Positions 27,077-34,769 of a stretch of DNA of 64,000 bases are shown here, piece after piece (positions within the stretch are counted from its first letter, which is position 1; every line of letters starts with the position of its first letter). The translations under genes and the position numbers were made by a program. Source of the DNA: Patescibacteria group bacterium (GTDB taxonomy: Bacteria; Patescibacteriota; Patescibacteriia; UBA1558; GWA2-36-10); NCBI GenBank assembly GCA_041665545.1, contig JBAYIQ010000002.1:66369-130368 (forward strand), in the 5' to 3' direction. The notes beneath the pieces were generated by a model that was not told the DNA's origin, did no database searches, and was given only the letters and a program-made list of their open reading frames with translations.

Positions 27077-27880
27077 TTATTTCAACGCAAACACCAAACC
27101 CACCTTGCCGCCACTAGCGGCATTTTTGTTTTCATCCCAATCAGCCAGGGAATACATCAAATTACTTTGGGTGTAGATAAAATCCGCGCCTAGTCTAGTG
27201 CCGGGATCATTGGTAATAAATTTATCACCAGTAAATCCCTTGATAACCAGCATGTGATAAACTGGACCGCCATTGGTGAAATTAGGATTAGCTAATTTTT
27301 TGCCGTCAGCCGGCACTATCACTGGTCTCCCTTGTCTCAACAAATCTTTTATTTTTTCTACTGTCAAATCACTAACTATTTCTGTTTTTTGATTATAAAT
27401 GGCCAAGGCCAACTCTGCTTCCTTGGCGATTGGCAACTCTGGATGCACGCCCCAAGTCTGTATTTGCCAATCCACCATATCTACCAATATTTTTTCAACA
27501 GCCAGTTTGTCGGGCATTTTTTTATTGGCATAATAATAGTCAACCATCAGTAAACTAGCTTCTTCGCAGGCGTTTTGAAATGGCTCAGACCAATTGGCAG
27601 TCGGCGCCTGAGAAGTAAATGGCACGGCCAAATTGACAGCTATTAAATTTTCAATTGGTTTTACGACTGGTTCCTTGACTGTATTGGTATTATCATTTTT
27701 TATTGGCGTGTTAGTAGGATTTTTATCTGCTACAGCTATGTTTGTATTAGCTTTGATATCCTCATAGGTCTGTGCTTTTGGTAGCTCTATTTTGTCTTCA
27801 AATTTATCACGACTAAAATAATAGTAGGTAAATCCAGCTACTAATACTATTGCTAATAAAATATATATTTTCTTTTTCAT
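27077..27880 (-). CDS. Secreted peptidase-C39-like (papain-fold) domain protein
   Basis: Signal/TM anchor. QAPTANWSEPFQNACEEASLLMV (putative catalytic Cys region), with downstream His- and Asp/Asn-containing segments (YHMLVIKGF..NDPG). Assignment by motif resemblance only. Confidence 0.4.
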   Translation of the reverse strand: MKKKIYILLAIVLVAGFTYYYFSRDKFEDKIELPKAQTYEDIKANTNIAVADKNPTNTPIKNDNTNTVKEPVVKPIENLIAVNLAVPFTSQAPTANWSEPFQNACEEASLLMVDYYYANKKMPDKLAVEKILVDMVDWQIQTWGVHPELPIAKEAELALAIYNQKTEIVSDLTVEKIKDLLRQGRPVIVPADGKKLANPNFTNGGPVYHMLVIKGFTGDKFITNDPGTRLGADFIYTQSNLMYSLADWDENKNAASGGKVGLVFALK

Positions 27881-28490
27881 CCGGTTAGAAATTTAATTAA
27901 TAAAATTTGATTGACTAAAGTCAGTTTATTTATTTATTGGATTTTTTCTATTATAGCTTGTCCGGTAAATTTCTAACCGGAATCATAAACTCATCATAAC
28001 AGCTTTGATGTTTATTTACAATTGATCTAGCCAAATAAACAGAAAAGAACCGAGAGTCTGATGACTTCGGTCCTTCTAGGTGTACTCTAGATTGCCAACC
28101 TTTTTGTAAGGTAGCAAGCTAGAAGTTGGGTGTCGAACTGCCATAATTGGCTAAACCATTGTTCACAACGGTCAGAATTGTAGTGATCACGTTGATCAGC
28201 AGTTCATAAACTCCCGGGGCGAAAATCTTGAATAAGATAAGCAAGAAAACTAGTTGGAAAAAAGCTCCCATTGCTCTAAACATATCATTGCTTATTAGCT
28301 TCAAGGCCTGGGAAGAACTCATTGGACTTGCGACTATTGTCCTTCTTTTGGCCTATGAGCCATTATTCAAGTTCTCTCCAGGCAGTTTTACTGAAAAATT
28401 CATTCAATAAAGCTGGCTGGAGAGAAATTCGCTGTTTGTAAGGTACTTATATCCCCCTTTATATATAAAGACGGCTAAGATTGGCAAAAA

Positions 28491-30005
28491 TTACACTTCG
28501 GTCCAGATTTTATTGCGGTATTGCAATGCCTCCAAAATATGCTCTTCTTCAATATTTTGACTACTAGCTAGATCAGCAATAGTCCGAGCCACTTTCAAAA
28601 TCTTATAATAAGCTCTGGCTGACAATTGCATTTTTTCCGTGGCCGTTAGTAGCAGTCTTTGATTGCTTGACGACAAGGTGCAATATTTTTTTATCAGCTT
28701 TGGTGGTAGATCACTGTTTAATAAATTATTTTGTTGGCGGCCTGTTTGACGCTGTCTAGCTGAAACTACTCGCGCTAAAATTTCTTTAGAACTTTCGGCT
28801 AAATTTTTACCATCAATCAACTCATTACTTTTTACTCTGGCCACATTAAGATGCAAATCTATACGATCAAGCAAAGGACCTGATAATTTTTTTCTGTATT
28901 TGGATATTTCCATTGGCGTACAGTGACACTCATGGCTGGGATCAGTCAAATAGCCACAAGGACAAGGATTGGCTGTAGCCAAAAAAATAAAATCAGCCGG
29001 ATAATCTACTGAACCCTTGATACGCGACACCGTAATTATTTTGTCTTCCAATGGTTGGCGCAGAGCCTCCAGTACTGCTCGAGGAAATTCCAAAATCTCA
29101 TCCAAAAATAATACATTACGATGAGCCAAAGATATTTCTCCGGGTTTGGGGTAAGTGCCACCACCAACAATAGCTGACACTGACGCTGAGTGGTGCGGAC
29201 TGCGCAACAACCTGCTACGCACTAGATAATTGTCTTCAGTCAAAAGGCCAGCTAAGCTATGTATTTTACTGACTGCCAAGGCCTCGTCCAAAGATAGTGG
29301 TGGTAAAATAGACAAAAAACTTTTGGCCAACATAGTCTTGCCCGAGCCCGGAGGTCCTACCAATAGGACATTGTGTCCGCCAACAGCCGCGATTTCCAAA
29401 GCCCGCTTGGCCAGCGTCTGACCTTGGACTTCTTGGAAATCAAAACTTGCTTGACTGGGCTCATTATAAAAAACCACTGGCGCTTGGGGCTCAATTTTTT
29501 GCTGGCCATTCAAGTGCTGTATCAGTTGAGCTAAATTATCAACCGCAAAAATATTGACACCCTCAATCACACTGGCTTCTTTGACGTTTTTTTGCGGGAC
29601 AAATATATTTTGGAAGCCAAATTCTTTTAGCGAGCCGACCATGACCATAACCCCGGGCACGGGCTTGACCGAGCCAGTCAAAGACAGCTCACCAATGAAG
29701 GCCGTGGGTTCAGAAATTGACCTCAACTCACCATTAGCTTGCAAGACACTGACGGCCATAGACAGATCGTAAGCTCCGCCACTTTTTTGCACTTGGGCTG
29801 GTGCCAGATTGATCACCACTTTTTGGCGCGGAAACACAAAACCGCTATTTTCAATAGCGGCCCAGACTCGCTCTCTGGCCTCTTGCACAGCTGTATCAGG
29901 TAAGCCAACAATAATAACCTTAGGCAAATGCCTAGATAAATTAGTCTCTACTTCTACCAAGTTGCTTTTCAAGCCCAAAACGGCAACTGTATAAATATTA
30001 GCCAT
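28491..30005 (-). CDS. comM: YifB/ComM-family Mg-chelatase-like AAA+ ATPase
   Basis: N-terminal Lon-protease-like domain. Walker A VGPPGSGKTMLAKS. DEILEFPR. CPCGY...HECHC zinc-finger-like insert. 504 aa. Confidence 0.85.
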   Translation of the reverse strand: MANIYTVAVLGLKSNLVEVETNLSRHLPKVIIVGLPDTAVQEARERVWAAIENSGFVFPRQKVVINLAPAQVQKSGGAYDLSMAVSVLQANGELRSISEPTAFIGELSLTGSVKPVPGVMVMVGSLKEFGFQNIFVPQKNVKEASVIEGVNIFAVDNLAQLIQHLNGQQKIEPQAPVVFYNEPSQASFDFQEVQGQTLAKRALEIAAVGGHNVLLVGPPGSGKTMLAKSFLSILPPLSLDEALAVSKIHSLAGLLTEDNYLVRSRLLRSPHHSASVSAIVGGGTYPKPGEISLAHRNVLFLDEILEFPRAVLEALRQPLEDKIITVSRIKGSVDYPADFIFLATANPCPCGYLTDPSHECHCTPMEISKYRKKLSGPLLDRIDLHLNVARVKSNELIDGKNLAESSKEILARVVSARQRQTGRQQNNLLNSDLPPKLIKKYCTLSSSNQRLLLTATEKMQLSARAYYKILKVARTIADLASSQNIEEEHILEALQYRNKIWTEV

Positions 30006-30081
30006 AATAAAAATCGCTTTTCTTTTTCTTATGGCTATTTTACTCCCGCTCTGAAATAAAAGTCAAGGTCAGCGAATTTTT

Positions 30082-30558
30082 TTAATTCAACTGCCAAATT
30101 GTATAGTTCAAAAAGCTAGCAAAACTGACCCACAGTAAATAAGGGATCAGCAAACTACCAGCTTTTTTATCAAGCTTGAAAAACCAAATGATCAAAGTCA
30201 AAATCATGAGCCACAAAACAATAATTTCTAAAAAGGCATAAAAAGGATTGCGAAGGCCAAAAAATAAAATCGACCAAAATATATTAAATAGTAAATGAAC
30301 TAAGAAAAATATCGTGGCTCGACGAGCGCTTTTGGAATGACTAGCTTTTTGCCAGACCAAATACAGGGCAATGCCCATCAGGATGAAAAGCGTGGTCCAC
30401 ACCGGCCCAAAAAGCCAAGATGGTGGATTCCAAGTGGGCTTATTGATTGTCTGATACCAACCGGCAATCTGCGGAGTGGTAAAAAATGAGCCAATAAACC
30501 CGGCTCCCAGACAAATAAGCACTGAACTAAATAATTTGATAATACTTTTGTTAGTCAT
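30082..30558 (-). CDS. tspO: TspO/MBR family tryptophan-rich sensory protein
   Basis: GWYQTINKPTWNPPSWLFGPVWTTLFILMGIALY matches the TspO signature. Start taken at MTNKS. The longer track ORF overlaps lspA in another frame. Confidence 0.75.
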   Translation of the reverse strand: MTNKSIIKLFSSVLICLGAGFIGSFFTTPQIAGWYQTINKPTWNPPSWLFGPVWTTLFILMGIALYLVWQKASHSKSARRATIFFLVHLLFNIFWSILFFGLRNPFYAFLEIIVLWLMILTLIIWFFKLDKKAGSLLIPYLLWVSFASFLNYTIWQLN

Positions 30559-30968
30559 ATTTTTGTTTTTTTTAATTGTCTTACTAAAAAATAGCACACT
30601 CCCAGGAAAATATAAACATCGCTCAAATTTAGGACAGTAAAATATGGCACATTGAAGTAGTCCACTACTCCGCCATACATAAGGCGATCCCAAATATTGC
30701 TGGCCGCCCCAATTATTATCAAAGCATAGGGCCAAAGATATTTTTTAGCTCCCTGCCAGTCTTTAAACCATAACCAAAGCAACAAAAAAAATATTATGGC
30801 TAGGATTGGATACAACACAGCCAGGGGCAAGGGCAAGGAAAAGGCAATATTTTTATTGATATACAAAGCAAAAACACTGCCACCTTCAGACAGTGTTTTT
30901 ACAAAAAATATTTTTAAGAATCTATCCAGGATTATTAAGCTCAAACATCCTAAATAGTATTTACGCAT
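30555..30968 (-). CDS. lspA: Lipoprotein signal peptidase (signal peptidase II)
   Basis: NIWDRLMYGGVVDYFNV...FNLSDVYIFLGV conserved LspA boxes. Start taken at MRKYYLG, just after the dksA-like stop. Confidence 0.75.
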   Translation of the reverse strand: MRKYYLGCLSLIILDRFLKIFFVKTLSEGGSVFALYINKNIAFSLPLPLAVLYPILAIIFFLLLWLWFKDWQGAKKYLWPYALIIIGAASNIWDRLMYGGVVDYFNVPYFTVLNLSDVYIFLGVCYFLVRQLKKTKI

Positions 30969-30972
30969 AATT

Positions 30973-31335
30973 TTACAAAGATTTTTTCTTGCAATCCATG
31001 CAAGCCGTGGCTGAAGGAAATGCTTCCAAGCGCTTGGGGTCAATGGGTTTGGAGCAAACTTCACACAAGCCATAATTCCCCTCATCTATTTTTTTCAAGG
31101 CCTTGTTAACATTATATAGGGAAATCTCCAAGGTTTTTTCTAGAGACAAATTCTTTTCAAAGTCAGCTACTTCGGCCGCATTTTCATCTTCTTTGTCCCC
31201 GTAATCCTCAAACTTGGCGCTAAAATCATTGCCCTCTACTTGGACCGTGTCTACGTTTAATTCGCGCAATATTTCTTCGCGTCTTTTTTCTAATTCGCTT
31301 TTTCTGTTTTCCAAAAATTTAGTGTCAACTGTCAT
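30973..31335 (-). CDS. DksA/TraR-family C4-type zinc-finger protein
   Basis: Coiled-coil N-terminus and CEVCSKPI...ATACMDCKK zinc finger. 120 aa. Confidence 0.7.
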   Translation of the reverse strand: MTVDTKFLENRKSELEKRREEILRELNVDTVQVEGNDFSAKFEDYGDKEDENAAEVADFEKNLSLEKTLEISLYNVNKALKKIDEGNYGLCEVCSKPIDPKRLEAFPSATACMDCKKKSL

Positions 31336-32273
31336 GGTTTAGGTTTTAATTACCGTAAAATAATAACAAATATTAGGCAATTTGGCAAGAATGCCCTGCT
31401 TGGCTAAGATTTTTGTTCGAGTAAGGTTGAGCACAGCGAAACCGCATCGAGAACTATCTATTTAAACTTCTCGACTTCGCTCGAAGAAATAAGTAAATTT
31501 CAATTTTTTGACCCCATAACCTCGCCTTTATTTAGATTAGGATAAATAGGTCGCTCAGTACGGGGCAAGATGTGGCATTTTACAACAGCTTAAATAATAA
31601 AAAATACCGATATTTTAAAGAATGCTTGATAATTTTTTGACAAAACAAACAGGACGCATCCGAGCACCCCTAATAGCGTTAGCTTTGTGGGCCGTAAGTG
31701 CGCCCCGTAGCGTCTTCACGATAGCTTGTGACGCATTTGTTGCGTCTGTAAGTTCAATTGGCTTGAAACTTTAGCATATGTTGTTGTGAAAACGTCATTG
31801 TGATTCATTCCGACTCAGAATCATTGTAGAACTCCACCATTTAGTGGAAATATCTCGTTGCCTATCCGACAACAGGATTTTCCTTTTTGTATTTTGTTTT
31901 TGTTTTTGCTTTTTTCAAGCGTCGGTGGCTTGATAAATCAAAACAGTGAAGCTCTTAGAGCTAGACACTACTTTATCACAAGTAATGTGCAGTTCTAAAA
32001 TATTGTTCAAGGTACTTATTTATCAACAATATAAGTATATCATATTTTTACTTTTGTGTCAAAGCTAATACTTGGCTAAAATTAGCAAAAATAATTAGAT
32101 ATTTTTCTGATTGTTGACAACTTTGTCAAAACAATCCACAACTATCAACAAGTTATCCACACGCCTTCGCTCACCTAGTGAGCTTCGGCGATGCAGGCAC
32201 CTATTTTTGAGCAATTTATAGCCATTTTTTAAGTTCTAGGCCTGTGTAGAAGATAATAAAATAATTTTTGATA

Positions 32274-32302
32274 TTGACATAATCAATATATTATGATATA
32301 TT
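32274..32302 (+). promoter_or_regulatory. Sigma-70-type promoter TTGACA-17-TATATT driving the small-protein cassette
   Basis: ttgaca(32274-32279), 17-nt spacer, tatatt(32297-32302). Confidence 0.5.
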
Positions 32303-32320
32303 AGCTTGAAAACCGAAAAA

Positions 32321-32342
32321 TGATCTGTCGCTTGACAGATCA
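32321..32342 (+). promoter_or_regulatory. Perfect 22-bp palindrome TGATCTGTC-GCTT-GACAGATCA between the promoter and the first small ORF (operator-like)
   Basis: Exact 9-bp inverted arms with a 4-bp spacer, positioned about +12 to +34 relative to the predicted transcription start. Confidence 0.5.
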
Positions 32343-32381
32343 TCCCATTGGTCCCGCACCTCAAACCGTGGAGGAAAAGTC

Positions 32382-32558
32382 ATGAAATTGGAATTTTTTC
32401 GTGAGGACCTGCGTCCGGAGTATCGCGAAACTCCCACCAGCCAGGTCTCTTTCAAGCACCTCAACCAGCAAGCGCAGGAAGCCCTGCGTATCGTAAAGCA
32501 CGGCACCTTCTTCAACGAAAACAGGGACTCCTACAACGTGATTTACGTCCCGCGATAA
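32382..32558 (+). CDS. Small hypothetical protein (58 aa), first gene of the GC-rich cassette
   Basis: Strong SD ggaggaaaagtc-ATG. Translation MKLEFFREDLRPEYRETPTSQVSFKHLNQQAQEALRIVKHGTFFNENRDSYNVIYVPR. Below the 60-aa cutoff, so absent from the track. GC-rich. Confidence 0.5.
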   Translation: MKLEFFREDLRPEYRETPTSQVSFKHLNQQAQEALRIVKHGTFFNENRDSYNVIYVPR

Positions 32559-32620
32559 GCCCACCTACCCAGAGTCGGGCGCATCCGACTAACCCGTTTT
32601 TCATCAAGGGGGGTGAAATC

Positions 32621-32818
32621 ATGAAACAGGTCAAGATCTTCATGGCTGGTTCGTGTGACAAACACTTTGAAGCCGAAGTCAACAAATGGCTGTCAGCGCA
32701 ACCTCCGGATATCGAGATCATATCCCTTCACTCAGATTCCTCTGCAACAAGCGTAGGGGGCGGCACCGTTTTCGTTTACACCATCGTGATTCTCTACCAC
32801 ATCCAGAAGTTCTCCTGA
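32621..32818 (+). CDS. Small protein (65 aa), Cse60/YteV-like, paralog 1
   Basis: SD aaggggggtgaaatc-ATG. MKQVKIFMAGS...FEAEVNKWLSAQPPDIEIISLHS...TVFVYTIVILYH resembles the roughly 60-aa Cse60 family pattern (VKxF...E.EVN.(F/W)L...IIxI...hydrophobic...IxY). Assigned from memory of that family. Confidence 0.55.
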   Translation: MKQVKIFMAGSCDKHFEAEVNKWLSAQPPDIEIISLHSDSSATSVGGGTVFVYTIVILYHIQKFS

Positions 32819-32883
32819 ACCAACGTCGCCGTGGAGTCCGAGCGCATCAACTAACCTGTTTTTCACCAAAGGGAGGTGAAATT

Positions 32884-33090
32884 ATGGAGCATGTCAAAGT
32901 ATTCGTGGGCAATTCACTTACGGGTATCCAAATTATGATAGATGAAGTGAATGCGTGGCTTGCAGCAACGGAGAATAAAGATATCGAGGTGTTGCAACGT
33001 CATGTTTTCTGCCCTACCGAGGTCAATCATGATGGCACAAGCATCACCACTTGCATCATCGTGATCTTCTACCGCCACAGAGAGGTGTAG
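32884..33090 (+). CDS. Small protein (68 aa), Cse60/YteV-like, paralog 2
   Basis: SD aagggaggtgaaatt-ATG. MEHVKVFVGNS...IDEVNAWLAATENKDIEVLQRHV...TTCIIVIFYRH. Paralogous to the 32621 protein, with an almost identical 50-nt leader (cg.gcgcatc..actaacc.gtttttca.caa.gg.aggtgaaat). The track shows an upstream-extended 134-aa version from 32686. Confidence 0.55.
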   Translation: MEHVKVFVGNSLTGIQIMIDEVNAWLAATENKDIEVLQRHVFCPTEVNHDGTSITTCIIVIFYRHREV

Positions 33091-33183
33091 ACCCACCTTC
33101 CTGGAGCCAAACACAACGGCTCCCGCACGCAACCCATTCGATACACATCGAAGCGTCAGGGTTGCTTTCTTTTACGCAAAAAT

Positions 33184-33400
33184 AAAAACCACTGAATATG
33201 GTCATTGCGAGCCCCGCCGCGTCAGACGCGGCGGGGCGTGGCAATCTACAAGCGTGGATTGCTTCGCTACGCTCGCAATGACAAAAAACCACTGACTTTC
33301 TATGCCGTCATTCCCGCGAAAGCGGGAATCCACACGGATATTATAAATATTAAATTATCATGTCATCATCGGGTCAAGCCCGATGATGACATGATAGAAT
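33184..33400. repeat. Cluster of stacked palindromes after the cassette: aaaaaccactga direct repeats, tggtcattgcgagc/gctcgcaatgaca arms around cccgccgcgtcagacgcggcgggg, gtcattcccgcgaaagcgggaatccacac, and the perfect palindrome atcatgtcatcatcgggtcaagcccgatgatgacatgat
   Basis: All read directly. Shares arms with the 3812-3915 element and cores with the dispersed hairpin family. Confidence 0.6.
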
Positions 33401-33405
33401 CATCT

Positions 33406-34767
33406 TTAACGAAAACAAGCCCTAAAACCAATCTGCTGGTTATTTTCGTAAGAAAATACTGTCAAATTATTTATTTTTTTATCTAGCAAGGCTTTTTTTA
33501 TAGTTTCATCTTTAATTTTGGCACTATTTACTTGCACCAAATCAATGATTTGATAGTCCCCGGCCAACTGGCACTGGCCCAAATAACTCTGCATATCATA
33601 CTTACTGACCAAAGTGGCCTGAATAATTGATTCACTGTTTGACAAATAGTAGCTGGAGTCAATTTGCGCGCCATAAAGCTCGCCAAAATACCAATAATCC
33701 TTGGCCTGGTAGCTCAATTTTTCTATGACTGCTTCTTGACCGCTAATATATTCGGTGTAGACCGTGCCATCGGGCAGGCGATTTTTGGTTTCCTGCAAAT
33801 TAAGATTTGGTACCCAATCATTTATCCTTGACTGCCAATCCTCAGAACCCACCATCAGCCATTTATCATTGGCCAGATAAATATAATTATTTTTGAGAAT
33901 TTGCTCCTCTATTTTTTTGGCTGACAGTCGATAATATGGCAATTCGCCAAATAAGGGCTGTAAAATACTTTGGCTGACTACTGCTTGCCACTTATCTGGA
34001 GCATGTTCACCAAAACCAAATACCAAATCAGCGCCTAGTGGGAAATTGGCCTTGTTTGGCCAGACATCAGTACTACTAGCATTGATTACTTGTCTCAATT
34101 TCACCTGCCAAACATGAATATTTAATTGCCCGTCTTTTTGTTGGTAGATATTGGCGTAAATATTTGGCAAACCAGTATCTAGTTTCAGCCATTCGGTCAA
34201 AGCCGACAGAAACTCGGGCGCATTTTTTTTGGACCAAAAAATATTGATTCCTAAAGAGATGTTATTACTAGCCACTTCCATTCTTGACTGCTCATTATAG
34301 TGATTTGTCAGCCAAGGATCAGCACTGACTAACAAAATATCATTATCAATTAATAGATAACTATACTCTGGCCTATTTGTTGCCAGCCATTTGGTCACTT
34401 GCTTGGCATTATCTAGGCGTAGTAGAAAATTATCATCACTCAAAGATTCAGTTTTGAACCAAACTATTTCTTTGGCGCTAAAAAAACCATCCAACAGTAA
34501 CTTTTTTAGTTCCTCAATCTTAGTGGTCGGCTCGGTAGTGTCTATAATAGCCAATTTACTAATATCTAAACTTTTGTAAGTTGCCAGGTCAGACCAGTGA
34601 TAATAAAAAGTAGTATTTTGGGGCAAATACATCAGCAATGGCTGGCTGGATTTCTTAGGTGCTAGCAACATGACCGCTATTCCCAAAATCACCACACCCA
34701 AAAAAAGCCACCAAGCTTTACTTGGCAATAAAGTAAATTTTATGGTTGGCTTTTTTTCAGTGACCAC
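33406..34767 (-). CDS. Hypothetical membrane-anchored (N-terminal TM) extracytoplasmic protein
   Basis: 453-aa ORF. One N-terminal TM (WWLFLGVVILGIAVMLLA). Rich in W/Y/N. No known motif recognised. Confidence 0.45.
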   Translation of the reverse strand: MVTEKKPTIKFTLLPSKAWWLFLGVVILGIAVMLLAPKKSSQPLLMYLPQNTTFYYHWSDLATYKSLDISKLAIIDTTEPTTKIEELKKLLLDGFFSAKEIVWFKTESLSDDNFLLRLDNAKQVTKWLATNRPEYSYLLIDNDILLVSADPWLTNHYNEQSRMEVASNNISLGINIFWSKKNAPEFLSALTEWLKLDTGLPNIYANIYQQKDGQLNIHVWQVKLRQVINASSTDVWPNKANFPLGADLVFGFGEHAPDKWQAVVSQSILQPLFGELPYYRLSAKKIEEQILKNNYIYLANDKWLMVGSEDWQSRINDWVPNLNLQETKNRLPDGTVYTEYISGQEAVIEKLSYQAKDYWYFGELYGAQIDSSYYLSNSESIIQATLVSKYDMQSYLGQCQLAGDYQIIDLVQVNSAKIKDETIKKALLDKKINNLTVFSYENNQQIGFRACFR

Positions 34768-34769
34768 TT

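Noticed and set aside
32291-32721. Minus-strand ORFs 32291..32515, 32361..32564, 32512..32721, and later 32914..33132 and 33056..33292
   Set aside because: They lie antisense to the SD-bearing small plus-strand genes. Their open frames are due to high GC.
32686-33090. 134-aa plus-strand ORF
   Set aside because: It is an upstream extension through the conserved leader in the same frame as the 68-aa gene. The SD-proximal Met at 32884 is preferred.
33205-33486. 93-aa plus-strand ORF
   Set aside because: It reads through the stacked palindromic repeats (R/A-rich) and overlaps the 3' end of the 33406..34767 gene.
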